Below are positions 30,214 through 40,589 of a DNA stretch of 64,000 nt, piece by piece. Below the pieces are notes generated by a model that worked only from the letters and a program-made list of their open reading frames with translations, was not told where the DNA came from and did no database searches. The stretch lies in assembly GCA_963796685.1 (NCBI GenBank), contig CAWCMR010000025.1:800001-864000 (forward strand), given 5' to 3'. The number at the start of each line of letters is the position of its first letter. Positions within the stretch are counted from its first letter, which is position 1. The translations under genes were made by a program, and so were the position numbers. The stretch is from an uncultured delta proteobacterium. Its GTDB lineage: Bacteria; Myxococcota_A; Polyangia; Fen-1088.

Positions 30214-32040
30214 CTATGGATGGGAGTGCTCGGGCTCACTCGGTCCACCCGCCTCCTGGGCCGCGCCTTCGGACTCTTCCGCCTCGCCGCCAGTTTCGAG
30301 ATCTTCGCCCGGGATGGTTGCCTCGTCCGGAAGTGGACCTTCGGCCTTGCGCGAGAACCTCATCATGGCGTTGACCGCGCTCACCTGGGCGGCACGCACG
30401 CTGGGCACTGCACGCCACCTCTGCCCTTCGACCAAGATCGAAAACACCAGGACGTCCGTCCCATCTCCCACGTATCCGGACAGGCACGAGACTCCGGTCA
30501 GCGTGCCGGTCTTGGCGCGCACGTGATGGGCCGCCAAGGAACCGCGAAAGCGATTTCGGGTGGTCCCGTCCACGCCGCCCACCGAAAGCGACTGCATCAT
30601 TTCCGGACCGATGCGCGGGTCGAAATAGATCTGCCGCAAGAGCTCGGCCATGCCCGCAGCCGTCACGCGATTCTGGTGACCCAGGCCCGACCCGTTTGCA
30701 GGCACGTACGCGGCAGAGGGCACGCCAAGGTCCGCCAGCGACTCGCGCAGGACACGCACGCCCTTCGCGGTGGTCGGTGTCCCACCCAGGACCTCGGCGC
30801 CGACGGTTTCAAGCAGCCGCTCTGCCCATTCGTTGTCCGAGGCCTTGTTGACCCTACGCAGGAGGACAGCGAGGGGATCCGATTCATGAAGGGCCAGAAG
30901 CTCGGTCGGGCTTGTCGATATCGGCTCGGCCAACGGCGGCGAGCTGTCACCGCCTGGTGGAGCAAGCGCGACCATCGCGCCTTCGAGACTGGGCCGGCTC
31001 GAAACCCGCGAGCGGCCCTGGCCCGAATAGACACCAGCGACGCCGCCCACGTCGATGCCGGCCGCCAGGAGCGCCTGGCGAAACAGAAAGGCGGCGTAAA
31101 AGGGCGCGCTGGGTGGCGGCTGGCGAATGACGACCTCGCCCTTGGCGATGGAGATTCTTCCGCCCACCACCACCTGAAATCGGTGTCCCGCCCGCTCGAT
31201 GTCCACCTTCAGGCGATTCCTGCCCCGGGCACGGGTTTCGGCCTGATTGACGACGACGAAGGCATCCGAGGCAGGGCGAATGGAAACCGAGGGACGGCTA
31301 CCTACCTTGCCGCCAGGGCGGACATGCACTTCGAAAGCGCTGGAGCCCACGCGCAAAGAGGGACGCCCGCCCTGCCCGAATTCCTCCGCGCCGATACGCC
31401 GAGGGTCGCCCAGGATGTCGCCGGAAACTCGGATCACACCCCTGGTGGTGGCCAGCGCTTGGGCCAGGGCATCGATGTCGTGAGCGCGCAAGGACGGATC
31501 GCCGCTGCCGCGAATCACCAGATCTCCCGCGATGACCCCGGCGGCGTCGGGCTCGGCCCCGGTCACTTCGGTGCGATAGCGATAGTTGCTGCCCAGGCGC
31601 AGAAGGGCGGCGGACGTGCCCAGCACCTTCTGATTGGATGCGGGATCCATCAGCGTGCCGCTGTGCCAGCCGAAAAGCGCGCGACCCGTGAAGAGATCCA
31701 CGACCCGTATGCCCACGCGCAAACGGCCGAGCACCTTTCCGTGCACGATGCCATCGAGCGCTTCCTGCAAGCGCGTGATGCGCTCGCGATCGGGATCGGT
31801 CGCCGCTGGTTTGGCGACCTCGTTGGCGGGGATCGGCGCGGGCCTCTTCGCGGTGCTGGTGGGCTTGCAAGGCAGTGCCTTGGCGGATGGGCGCCTCTTG
31901 CTGTCAGTATGTTTACCCTTGCTTTGAACCTTGGTCGCGGGCTTGACTCTGGCCTTGACCGTGGCCTTCTGCGATTTCGCCGTCCCAGCCCAACCCGGTT
32001 GGGCGAAAAACAGGGCGAGGGCGAAGCAAAGCTTCTTCAT
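30214..32040 (-). CDS. dacB: D-alanyl-D-alanine carboxypeptidase/endopeptidase (PBP4, S13)
   Basis: PASNQK (SxxK), GSGDPSL, SDN, NGSGL, AKTGTL; Lys-rich N-terminal linker. Confidence 0.9.
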   Translation of the reverse strand: MKKLCFALALFFAQPGWAGTAKSQKATVKARVKPATKVQSKGKHTDSKRRPSAKALPCKPTSTAKRPAPIPANEVAKPAATDPDRERITRLQEALDGIVHGKVLGRLRVGIRVVDLFTGRALFGWHSGTLMDPASNQKVLGTSAALLRLGSNYRYRTEVTGAEPDAAGVIAGDLVIRGSGDPSLRAHDIDALAQALATTRGVIRVSGDILGDPRRIGAEEFGQGGRPSLRVGSSAFEVHVRPGGKVGSRPSVSIRPASDAFVVVNQAETRARGRNRLKVDIERAGHRFQVVVGGRISIAKGEVVIRQPPPSAPFYAAFLFRQALLAAGIDVGGVAGVYSGQGRSRVSSRPSLEGAMVALAPPGGDSSPPLAEPISTSPTELLALHESDPLAVLLRRVNKASDNEWAERLLETVGAEVLGGTPTTAKGVRVLRESLADLGVPSAAYVPANGSGLGHQNRVTAAGMAELLRQIYFDPRIGPEMMQSLSVGGVDGTTRNRFRGSLAAHHVRAKTGTLTGVSCLSGYVGDGTDVLVFSILVEGQRWRAVPSVRAAQVSAVNAMMRFSRKAEGPLPDEATIPGEDLETGGEAEESEGAAQEAGGPSEPEHSHP

Positions 32041-32754
32041 TGGCTCACACAGCGAAAGCCCAGGTCGGCGTCGCGGTAGCCGGGATCCCAGGCGTTGCGA
32101 TTGGCGGCGCGCGGTTCGACGAAATAGCTGCAGCACGAGCCGCCACGTACGACGCGGCGGGAAGGATCGCGATCGTACCTGTCCGCCACCCACTCCCACA
32201 CGTTGCCGGCCATGTCGAGCACGCCGAACGGGCTCGCTCCTTGCGGATAGCTGCCGACGGCCACGGGCTTGCCGGGATTCTTGCCCGCGCACGGTCCCTC
32301 ATTTTCGAAATTGCCCCAGTTGGCGTGGGCGCAATCGAGCTCCTTGCCCCAGGGAAACTCACGGCCGTCGCCGCCGCGGGCGGCCTTTTCCCATTCGTCC
32401 TCGGTGGGCAAGCGTCCGCGAGCGAAGGCGCAGAAGGCACGCGCCTCGCTCCAATTGACGTTGGTGACGGGGGAGCTCCGGCTCGGTCGTCAGATCGCCG
32501 ACCAGCGGCTTGCAGCGACGGGCGGCCACGCAGCGCCCGTACATGGCGCGCGTGACCTCGGTGCGGTCGATGTGAAAGGCCCGCAGCCTGATCACCTTCA
32601 CCGGCCGCTCGTCGTACGCGCCCTGGGTCGAGCCGCGCGCAAAGGGGCCGGCGGGGACAAGGACGCGATCGGTTTTGTCGCCTGCAGCACGCGAGCCATC
32701 GGGCCGCGCCATGGACAACAGAAGAACCCCGACCACCAGCCACGGGCGACTCAT
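32037..32754 (-). CDS. FGE-sulfatase (SUMF1/EgtB/PvdO) domain protein, frameshifted near 32470
   Basis: VPAGPF, DERP, IDRTEVT then LPTEDEWEKAARG, DMAGNVWEW, RGGS, GFRC. Confidence 0.85.
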
Positions 32755-33002
32755 GCACACCCCCCGGCCAGCGCCAGTTTTTTCGCGCGCGGCAGTCTCT
32801 TGATGGCGGCTTCCCGACGCAGCGCCGCCGTTTGGCTCGACTTGCGCTCGCTGTGTACGAGGGCAACGGGCCCGCGGCCCCGGGTGTAACGCGCGCCCTT
32901 GCCCTGGTTGTGCTTGGCCAGACGAGCGGCCACGTCACGGCTGACACCCGTGTACAGTGTGCCGTCGCGACAGCGCACGACGTAGACGAACCAGATGGCC
33001 AT
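32751..33002 (-). CDS. GIY-YIG nuclease family protein (UPF0213)
   Basis: WFVYVVRCRDGTLYTG, HNQGKGARYTR, ALRREAAIK. Confidence 0.9.
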   Translation of the reverse strand: MAIWFVYVVRCRDGTLYTGVSRDVAARLAKHNQGKGARYTRGRGPVALVHSERKSSQTAALRREAAIKRLPRAKKLALAGGCA

Positions 33003-33169
33003 ACCTCGGAGTCACTATGACCAGCCCGGGTCGGCCTGGCAAATTCCGTGAGTACAGAGGGCACAGAGGGGGAGGAGAGCGCGCGGAGGAAGGCAGATGA
33101 GCCGGGGCGATTGCCCGCGACCACGGGGTCGCTTCTAGCTCGGCTGGCGTCGTTGTATGGTGCTGGACC

Positions 33170-35518
33170 ATGAGACCGCGAACCGTCGCTGCCCTCTTCG
33201 TTGCCGTCTCCGTTTTGTCCGGCGACGCCGTGCTCGCGCAGAAGGCGCCCGTGACTTCGCTGCCGTACCGCGATCCCAAGCTGGCAGTCGACGCGCGGGT
33301 GGCCGACCTGCTCGGGCGCATGACGGTGGCGGAAAAGGTCGCCCAGCTGCAATCGCTCAACTGGGAGCACAGCTACGTCTACGACGCCAAGTCGCGGCTC
33401 TTCTCGCCCGAACGGGCGCGCGCGCTCATGCCGCACGGGATGGGCGAGATCACCCGCCCGGGCGACAGGCACGATGCGCGCGAAGCGACGGAGATGGCCA
33501 ACGCCGTGCAGAAGTTCCTGGTCGAACGGACGCGCCTCGGGATCCCGGCGATCTTGCACGAGGAAGGCTTGCACGGCTTCGTCGCGCCAGGGGCCACCAG
33601 CTTTCCGCAAGCCATTGCCCTGGCGGCCACCTTCGATCCGGCGCTGCTCGAGGAGGTGTTCACCGTGGACGCACGCCAGATGCGGGCGCGCGGCGTGCAA
33701 CAGGTGCTGGCCCCGGTGGTCGACGTGGCCCGCGATCCGCGCTGGGGACGCATCGAGGAGACCTACGGCGAAGATCCCTATCTCGTCACACGCATGGGCG
33801 TCGCGGCCGTGAACGGTTTGCAGGGCCGGCGCGCATCGGCCGACGCGCCCATCGACGGGACGCACGTCATGGCTACCCTCAAGCACATGACCGGACACGG
33901 CTACCCGGAGGGCGGACGCAACACCGCGCCTGCCATCGCCTCGCCGCGCATGCTGCGCGAGGTGTTCTTCCCACCTTTCGAGATGGCGCTTCGCGAGGCC
34001 CACGCGCTCTCGGTGATGGCCAGCTACAATGAAATCGACGGCGTCCCCTCGCACGAGAACCGCTGGCTTCTGACCGACCTCCTGCGCGGCGAATGGGGCT
34101 TCCGCGGCGTGGTCGTCTCGGACTACTTCGGCATCGCCGAGCTCGAGCGCAGGCACCACGTGGTCCCGGATCTGCCGAGCGCCGGGCGCACTGCGCTCGC
34201 AGCCGGCGTCGACGTCGAGTTGCCCGAGCCCGAAGGCTACGCATCGCTCGCGACTGACCTCGCGGCCGGGCGCATCCCGCGGGCCCAGCTCGACCAGGCG
34301 ACCTCCCGCGTGCTGCGCGCGAAGTTCTTGCTCGGCCTGTTCGAGCAGCCCTATGTCGTGAACACCACGCTCGAGCCCGAACGGCACTCGGACCGGGCGC
34401 TCGCCCGGCGCGCCGCCGAAGAAGCCATCGTGCTGCTCAAGAACGAGGGCGGCCTGCTACCCCTCGATGCCAAGCGCCTGAAGTCGATCGCAGTCATTGG
34501 TCCCAACGCGGAGGTGTGCCGGCTGGGCGGCTACAGCGGAAAACCTGACAAGACGGTCAGCATTCTCGATGGCCTCCGCGCCCGTCTCGGTGAGCATGTC
34601 AAGGTCCTTGCGGCGAAGGGTTGCGACCTGACCACGGGTCAGCGCGGCTGGCACGACGACCAGGTGACCCTGGCCGATCCAGCCGACGACGCGCGCCTGG
34701 TCGCCGAGGCCGCCCGGCTGGCCAAGTCAACCGACGTCACGGTGCTGGTCATCGGTGAGAACGAGCAGCTCTCGCGCGAAGGCTGGACCGACAACCACCT
34801 CGGCGACCGCATGAGCCTGGAGCTCGTGGGCGCGCAGATGGCTCTGGCCGGCGCCGTGCTGGCCAGTGGCCATCCCAGCGTCGTGGTGCTCATCCACGGC
34901 GGCCCGCTCGCCATTCCCGAGCTCGCGCGGAAGGCGCCCGCCATCCTGGACGGCTTTTACCTCGGCGAGGAGACCGGGACGGCCGTCGCGAGCGTGCTCT
35001 TCGGCGATGCGAACCCAGCCGGCCGTCTGCCCTGGACCGTGCCACGGGCTACTGGCACGGTGCCCGTCTACTACGACCACAAGCCGTCGGCCGAGCGCCC
35101 CTACCTGTTCGAGACGCCCGGTCCGCTGTGGGCCTTCGGCCACGGGCAGAGCTACACCACCTTCCGCTACGATCCCGTCAAGGTGCGTCCGGCGCGCATC
35201 GCGCCCGACGGCCAAACCACCGTGTCCGTGAACGTGACCAACACCAGCAAGCGTGCCGGCGACGAAGTGGTGCAGCTGTACGTCCACGACGTCGTCGCCT
35301 CGATCACTCGCCCGGTCAAGGAGCTGCGCGGCTTCGCGCGCATCCATCTCGAAGCGGGCGAGACGAAACGCGTGGACTTCAAGCTCGGCCCGGCGGACCT
35401 GGGTCTGTGGAATCTCGACATGAAGCGCGTGGTGGAACCCGGCAAGTTCGACCTCATGGTCGGCGCCAGCTCCGCTGACATCCGCCAGCGCGCCACCTTG
35501 GAAGTGGGGAGATTCTAG
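33170..35518 (+). CDS. Glycoside hydrolase family 3 (beta-glucosidase/xylosidase)
   Basis: EEGLHG, RDPRWGRIEETYGEDP, KH, VMASYN, GVVVSDY, IVLLKN, FN3-like C-terminus. Confidence 0.93.
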   Translation: MRPRTVAALFVAVSVLSGDAVLAQKAPVTSLPYRDPKLAVDARVADLLGRMTVAEKVAQLQSLNWEHSYVYDAKSRLFSPERARALMPHGMGEITRPGDRHDAREATEMANAVQKFLVERTRLGIPAILHEEGLHGFVAPGATSFPQAIALAATFDPALLEEVFTVDARQMRARGVQQVLAPVVDVARDPRWGRIEETYGEDPYLVTRMGVAAVNGLQGRRASADAPIDGTHVMATLKHMTGHGYPEGGRNTAPAIASPRMLREVFFPPFEMALREAHALSVMASYNEIDGVPSHENRWLLTDLLRGEWGFRGVVVSDYFGIAELERRHHVVPDLPSAGRTALAAGVDVELPEPEGYASLATDLAAGRIPRAQLDQATSRVLRAKFLLGLFEQPYVVNTTLEPERHSDRALARRAAEEAIVLLKNEGGLLPLDAKRLKSIAVIGPNAEVCRLGGYSGKPDKTVSILDGLRARLGEHVKVLAAKGCDLTTGQRGWHDDQVTLADPADDARLVAEAARLAKSTDVTVLVIGENEQLSREGWTDNHLGDRMSLELVGAQMALAGAVLASGHPSVVVLIHGGPLAIPELARKAPAILDGFYLGEETGTAVASVLFGDANPAGRLPWTVPRATGTVPVYYDHKPSAERPYLFETPGPLWAFGHGQSYTTFRYDPVKVRPARIAPDGQTTVSVNVTNTSKRAGDEVVQLYVHDVVASITRPVKELRGFARIHLEAGETKRVDFKLGPADLGLWNLDMKRVVEPGKFDLMVGASSADIRQRATLEVGRF

Positions 35519-36547
35519 CGCGCGCACACGCCCACTCCATCGGGGCGGCGCGCGCAGAAACCCGCGGAACAGTCCGTGGGCAGTGCGCAGAACGGATGGC
35601 GCGCGCCGGGCCCAAGGCAAAGAGGCAGGCCATCGCCGCGGTCGGCGCAGTGTTGACCAAACGGGCAAGCAGCGTCGGACTGGCACAAGGACGCGAGCGG
35701 AAAATCGATGACCACGCCGTAGACCTGAGGTGGCCCATAGCGCAGCCAGCGGATGACGGCGCGCCTTGGAATGGGCGGCGGCGCCACCGCTGCCACCGCC
35801 GCCTGCTCTTCCCGCTGTTGTCGTGCCGCCTTCTCCTCGCGTTCGCTCGCCTCGCGCTTGCTGGCCGCGTGCGCGGCCGCGATCGAGATCGGCCGCCAAA
35901 GCGAGATCGAGGCGCCCGTCCGAGCCGATGCTGATTGCGGTGGAGTGCCTTTCCAGGAACGCGACCAGCGCAGGTAGCTCGGACTCGGCAAGCCACCCAT
36001 CCACCGCAACGTGGACGAGCAAGGTCTCGCTGTCGGCCAGCAATTCGATTTCGGTTCCCGCCGGGCAGGAGGTCTTGAGTGTCAGGGTTCGGGTGGACCC
36101 GGCGCCGGACTTGACCAGGGTCATGTGGCGAATCTCGGGCTTGATGGTGAAGCTGCGATAGAGCCCCCAGGCAAGATCGACCCCCAAGGGCACGAGGAAC
36201 CACGGGCTGCGGAATGCCTTGTTGCCGATAGCCACGGCGGGAACGAAGATGACGCCTTCGAGTCCCGTCGCGATCCACATCATGGGCGCGATACCGTTGG
36301 GGAAGACCGTCTCCATTTCCACCGAGGAGCCGCGTACCCGCGGAGAATCCCGGTACGAACAGACGAGTCCGTGTTCACGGTCAAGCTTTACCTCGCGCGA
36401 GGACTCGCCCGGGCCGACCGGAAGCGCGGTGCCGGACAAGGTGGGACTTTCACCGGGGCCAACCGCCAGATAAATCAGATCGGACGAGATGGCGCAGCCC
36501 GAGGCGGAAAGCAGCGCCAGTGCGACGCCCATCGTGGCGCATCTCAT
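35515..36547 (-). CDS. Hypothetical lipoprotein with Cys-rich C-terminus, frameshifted near 35890
   Basis: Lipobox ASGC; second frame continues to CQSDAACPFGQHC. Confidence 0.55.
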
Positions 36548-37272
36548 GGCGTCCTCCGGGCGCCCGCCGGAGCGACCGAGACCACGCGAGGGATCTCGGG
36601 CAGGTCGCCGCCCCCGATGGCAAGGGCAATGGCGAAAGCCTCCTCGCGGGCAATGGCTGGGGGGATCTTGACGGTAACGTTCGGCCGCTGCTGGTCGGGA
36701 CATTTCAGGTTGTCGGCGCGGCGTTCGGACTCGACGTCTGGTGTGACCACCGCCGAGTCCCTGTATGAAATAGTCCAGGTGACCTTCAGGTTCACGCCGT
36801 GCGATGCCGAGCCTGGACCGCGGGTGATGTTCGCGCCGCCAGTTCCGAGCTGACAAGCCACCGAGGGATCCAGATGCAGCCGCAGCTGGGCCGAGCACTC
36901 GCAGCCCTGGGTGCCGGGCAGCCATTCGGAGATGAATCCACTGCCGAGGCTGGAGGCGCCTATGCGCCAGCCCCCCGGATCGGTCAGCACGGAAACCAGC
37001 GTGGCGAATTCCTGCGGGGTCACGCCATAGATGTCGAACACCGCGCGCGTATCGTCGTACACGATGCGCGCCGTGATGCCCAGGATGGACAGGCGGTGCC
37101 ACCAAGCGGTCTCGAATTCCTCCGTCCGTTCGGGCAGCGACGAGGCAAAGAGGACGATGCGACCGGCGTAGGGGATGTTCCAAGCCGGCGGCGGTCCGGA
37201 CGGATTGGGCTCGGTAACCACGGTCGCGCAGCCGAGGGCGACGAAGACCAAAACCGTGACCAGCCGATTCAT
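36544..37272 (-). CDS. Lipoprotein with weak SecD periplasmic-domain resemblance
   Basis: Lipobox ALGC; RLSILG..FDIYGV and EEAFAIALAIGGGDLP. Confidence 0.55.
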   Translation of the reverse strand: MNRLVTVLVFVALGCATVVTEPNPSGPPPAWNIPYAGRIVLFASSLPERTEEFETAWWHRLSILGITARIVYDDTRAVFDIYGVTPQEFATLVSVLTDPGGWRIGASSLGSGFISEWLPGTQGCECSAQLRLHLDPSVACQLGTGGANITRGPGSASHGVNLKVTWTISYRDSAVVTPDVESERRADNLKCPDQQRPNVTVKIPPAIAREEAFAIALAIGGGDLPEIPRVVSVAPAGARRTP

Positions 37273-37299
37273 CCCCCAAAAGCTACACGAGCGCGGCCC

Positions 37300-37490
37300 C
37301 GAGCGGCAATTTGGTTGACCTATCGGTTTCGATCGTGGCCAGGAATTCGAGCCAATGAGCTTGCAGTGTCTTGTACAGCAGCGTCGTTTCTGGCTGCCGG
37401 CGCGCGTACGCCCCTGCGCCGTGCGCCGGCGCGTGACAGACCGTGGTTGCGCCTTGCGACTGCATCCACGGGTGCTATCGGTCTGTCCGA
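37300..37490 (-). mobile_element. IS91-like transposase N-terminal remnant with upstream hairpin
   Basis: YARRQPETTLLYKTLQAHWLEFL resembles N-termini of IS91-family transposases; GACAGACCG...CGGTCTGTC inverted repeat at 37435-37487. Confidence 0.55.
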
Positions 37491-37525
37491 GCTTCCCCAG
37501 ATCAGGGAGCCGAAGGTCCCCGAAG

Positions 37526-38572
37526 CTACGCGGCCGCGCTCTCGGCGCTCGCAACCGGCGCCGGCGCGCCGAGCCTCGCATTCTCCGCCTTGCGCAGGGC
37601 GACCAGTTTGTCGCGGAGCTCGGCCGCCAGCTCTGGATGCTCGGCGAGGTACTGGCAGGCCTTGTCGCGTCCTTGGGCGATGCGCTCGCCGTTCCAGGCG
37701 TAGTAGGCGCCGGACTTCTCGATGAGGCCGGCCTCGCTGGCCAGGTCCACGATCTCGCCGACGGCGGAAATGCCGGTGCCATAGGTGATCTCGAATTCGC
37801 ACTCGCGGAAAGGCGGAGCGACCTTGTTCTTCACCACCTTTACGCGCGTCTTGTTGCCGACCACTTGCTCGCCGTTCTTGACCGTGCCGGTCTTGCGGAT
37901 GTCGAGGCGGACGCTGGCGTAAAACTTCAGCGCGTTGCCGCCCGTGGTGGTTTCGGGGTTGCCGTAGACCACGCCGATCTTCTGCCGGAGCTGGTTGATG
38001 AACACCACGCAGGTGTTGTTGCGGCAGGTGGCTGCGGTCAGCTTGCGCAGGGCTTGGCTCATGAGGCGGGCTTGCAAGCCCATGTGGGAATCGCCCATCT
38101 CGCCTTCGATCTCGGCCTTGGGCACGAGCGCGGCCACCGAATCGACGACGATGAGATCGACGGCGCCGGTGCCGACCAGCTTGTCGGCGATCTCCAGGGC
38201 CTGCTCGCCGTGATCGGGTTGCGAGACCAACAAATCCTCGATGCGGACGCCGAGCTTGCGCGCGTAGGTGACGTCCAGGGCGTGTTCGGCGTCGATGAAG
38301 GCGCACACGCCGCCCGCCTTCTGCGCCTGCGCGATGGCGTGCAAGGTCAGCGTGGTCTTGCCCGAGGACTCGGGGCCGAAGATCTCGACCACGCGTCCGC
38401 GCGGCAGGCCGCCCACGCCCAGGGCCAGGTCGAGGCCGACCGAGCCCGTGGGAATGACGTCGATGTCCTCGGCCTCGCCACCGAGGGACATGATGGCGCC
38501 CTTGCCGAATTGCTTCTCGATGGCCGCGAGCGCGCTGGAAATGGCTTTCAGTTTCTCTTTGATGGTGGACAT
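37526..38572 (-). CDS. recA: Recombinase RecA
   Basis: [57 protein letters not shown]. Confidence 0.98.
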   Translation of the reverse strand: MSTIKEKLKAISSALAAIEKQFGKGAIMSLGGEAEDIDVIPTGSVGLDLALGVGGLPRGRVVEIFGPESSGKTTLTLHAIAQAQKAGGVCAFIDAEHALDVTYARKLGVRIEDLLVSQPDHGEQALEIADKLVGTGAVDLIVVDSVAALVPKAEIEGEMGDSHMGLQARLMSQALRKLTAATCRNNTCVVFINQLRQKIGVVYGNPETTTGGNALKFYASVRLDIRKTGTVKNGEQVVGNKTRVKVVKNKVAPPFRECEFEITYGTGISAVGEIVDLASEAGLIEKSGAYYAWNGERIAQGRDKACQYLAEHPELAAELRDKLVALRKAENARLGAPAPVASAESAAA

Positions 38573-38574
38573 TT

Positions 38575-39075
38575 CTAATCTCCTTCGTTAGTTGGGTGAA
38601 CCACAGAGGACACAGAGGACACAGAGGACACAGAGGACACAGAGGACACAGAGACGGACTTCGGAGGTTTCAAACGACGAACTCCGTGTTTGAGCAGGCC
38701 GACGTTGAAGTTGATGAGGAGGCCAAGCGGAAGCCCGGAGAGCTTCAGATAGGACAGGAGCTGCGCACTGTGGAGAGCCACCAGTTGGTCGACCGCCTTG
38801 ACCTCGACGATCAGCACATCGTCGATGACCAGATCGAGACGATATCCACAGTCCAGTCGCGAACCTCGATAGACAACGGGGAGTTTGCGCTGGCGCTCGA
38901 CCCGATGTCCCTGAGAGACAAGCTCATGGGCTAGGCAAATCTCGTACGCCGATTCCAAAAGTCCCGGGCCCAGAAACCGGTGAACTTCAATGGCACTTCC
39001 GATTACCGCCTCCGAGATCCGGTTCAACCCGTCCTTTCCGACCTCTGTGTCCTCTGTGTCCTCTGTGGTGAACAT
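38575..39075 (-). CDS. GxxExxY protein (PD-(D/E)XK nuclease family)
   Basis: [44 protein letters not shown]. Confidence 0.93.
   Translation of the reverse strand: MFTTEDTEDTEVGKDGLNRISEAVIGSAIEVHRFLGPGLLESAYEICLAHELVSQGHRVERQRKLPVVYRGSRLDCGYRLDLVIDDVLIVEVKAVDQLVALHSAQLLSYLKLSGLPLGLLINFNVGLLKHGVRRLKPPKSVSVSSVSSVSSVSSVSSVVHPTNEGD
38602..38653 (+). repeat. 9-bp tandem array (CACAGAGGA) x5.8
   Basis: Directly visible. Confidence 0.95.
39042..39067 (-). repeat. Inverted 9-bp array (CACAGAGGA) x2.9
   Basis: CCTCTGTGTCCTCTGTGTCCTCTGTG, the reverse complement of the left array. Confidence 0.95.
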
Positions 39076-40577
39076 CAAGCAGTCTCCCTATCTAGAAACC
39101 GGTACTGCAACGCCTCGGCCACGTGCGGGCCACGGACACTGGTGGAGGCCTCCATGTCGGCGATGGTGCGCGCCAGCCTGCGCACGCGTTCGATGGCCCT
39201 CGCGGACAGAGCCAGACGCTCGACCGCGCGTTCGAGGAGGCGGTGGCCGTCGCCGTCGAGCACCGCAACTTTTGCCAGGTCGGGCGTGCTCAGGCGCGCG
39301 TTCGGCCGCGGGCCGCGGTCCAGCTGTCGGCGGCGCGTATTTTCCACCCTGGCGCGGACGTCCACGGTGGCCTCGCCCGTTTTGCTCGACGACAGCTCGC
39401 GGTAGGCCAGGGCAGGCACCTCGACGTGCATGTCGATGCGGTCGAGGAGCGGTCCGGACAGTTTCGCCCGGTAGGCGTTGATGGCGGACTGCGAGCAGGT
39501 GCAGGTGCGCAAGCGGTTGCCGAAGTGGCCGCATGGACACGGATTGAGCGCGGCCACCAGCATGAAGTCCGCCGGAAAGAGCACCGTGCGCCGCGCGCGC
39601 ACCACGGCGATCTCGCGCTCTTCGAGAGGCTGGCGAAGCGCCTCCAGGGCCGGCCGACTGAATTCGAGCAGCTCGTCGAGGAAGAGCACGCCGTTGTGGG
39701 CCAGCGAGATCTCGCCCGGCCGCACCGACGGTCCGCCGCCGGCCAGGCCCGCCACGCTGACCGTGTGGTGGGGCGCGCGAAAAGGCCGCTCGGTGACCAG
39801 GGATCGTCCCGCCAGCATGCCGGCGACGGAGTACACCATGGTGGTTTCCAGCGACTCGTCGAAGGTCAGGGCGGGCAGAAGGCCCGGCAAGCGTCGCGCC
39901 AGCATGGTCTTTCCCGACCCGGGCGGCCCGACGAAGAGGATGTTGTGACCTCCCGAGGCCGCGATCTCGAGAGCCCGGCGCGCGATCTCTTGGCCGCGGA
40001 CGTCGGCCAGGTCGGCGCCCGAGGTGGGCAGAAAAGCAGGCGGCGTCGCCGGCTCGATTCCGGTCGCTGTTCCCTGCAAGGCCTCGATGAGCTCGCCGAG
40101 ATGTCCGACAGGGATGACCGAGCAACCACCCACCACCGCGGCCTCGGAAGCGTTTTCCCTGGGCACGAACAAGCGCGGGATGGCGCGCGCCCGGGCGTAG
40201 GCGGCCATGGGCAGCACGCCGCGTACGGGACGCACGCGCCCGTCGAGGGCCAACTCGCCCACGAACATCGCGCTCTCGTTCACCTCGGGCGGGATGGCGC
40301 CCGCAGCGGCCAGGATACCCACGGCGATGGGAACGTCGAAGGCGGCCCCGTCCTTGCGCAAATCGGCTGGCGCCAGGTTCACGGTGATGCGACGGAGCGG
40401 GTACTTGAAGCCACTGTTCTCGATGGCGCCGCGAATGCGGACGCGGCCTTCCTTCACGCCGGCATCCGGCAGGCCCACGATGCGGCAGCCGGGCAGGCCG
40501 TTGGCCACGTCCACCTCGACGTGGATGGGCGCGGCCTCGATGCCGACGACGGTTGCGGAGAGAACGTGAGTAAGCAC
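39075..40577 (-). CDS. comM: YifB/ComM family Mg-chelatase-like AAA+ ATPase
   Basis: IVGLPD, ITVNLAPADLRKDG, GPPGSGKTMLA, RPFRAPHHT, HNGVLFLDE, NPCPCG, SGPLLDRID, ARTIAD. Confidence 0.93.
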   Translation of the reverse strand: MLTHVLSATVVGIEAAPIHVEVDVANGLPGCRIVGLPDAGVKEGRVRIRGAIENSGFKYPLRRITVNLAPADLRKDGAAFDVPIAVGILAAAGAIPPEVNESAMFVGELALDGRVRPVRGVLPMAAYARARAIPRLFVPRENASEAAVVGGCSVIPVGHLGELIEALQGTATGIEPATPPAFLPTSGADLADVRGQEIARRALEIAASGGHNILFVGPPGSGKTMLARRLPGLLPALTFDESLETTMVYSVAGMLAGRSLVTERPFRAPHHTVSVAGLAGGGPSVRPGEISLAHNGVLFLDELLEFSRPALEALRQPLEEREIAVVRARRTVLFPADFMLVAALNPCPCGHFGNRLRTCTCSQSAINAYRAKLSGPLLDRIDMHVEVPALAYRELSSSKTGEATVDVRARVENTRRRQLDRGPRPNARLSTPDLAKVAVLDGDGHRLLERAVERLALSARAIERVRRLARTIADMEASTSVRGPHVAEALQYRFLDRETA

Positions 40578-40589
40578 GTGGCGGAGTAA

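Noticed and set aside
32037-32754. FGE-sulfatase (CLec-fold) gene as a DGR target
   Set aside because: No template repeat or reverse transcriptase was seen in the window.
38602-38653. Short repeat array as a CRISPR
   Set aside because: The units are 9-bp tandem copies with no spacers, and no cas genes are present.
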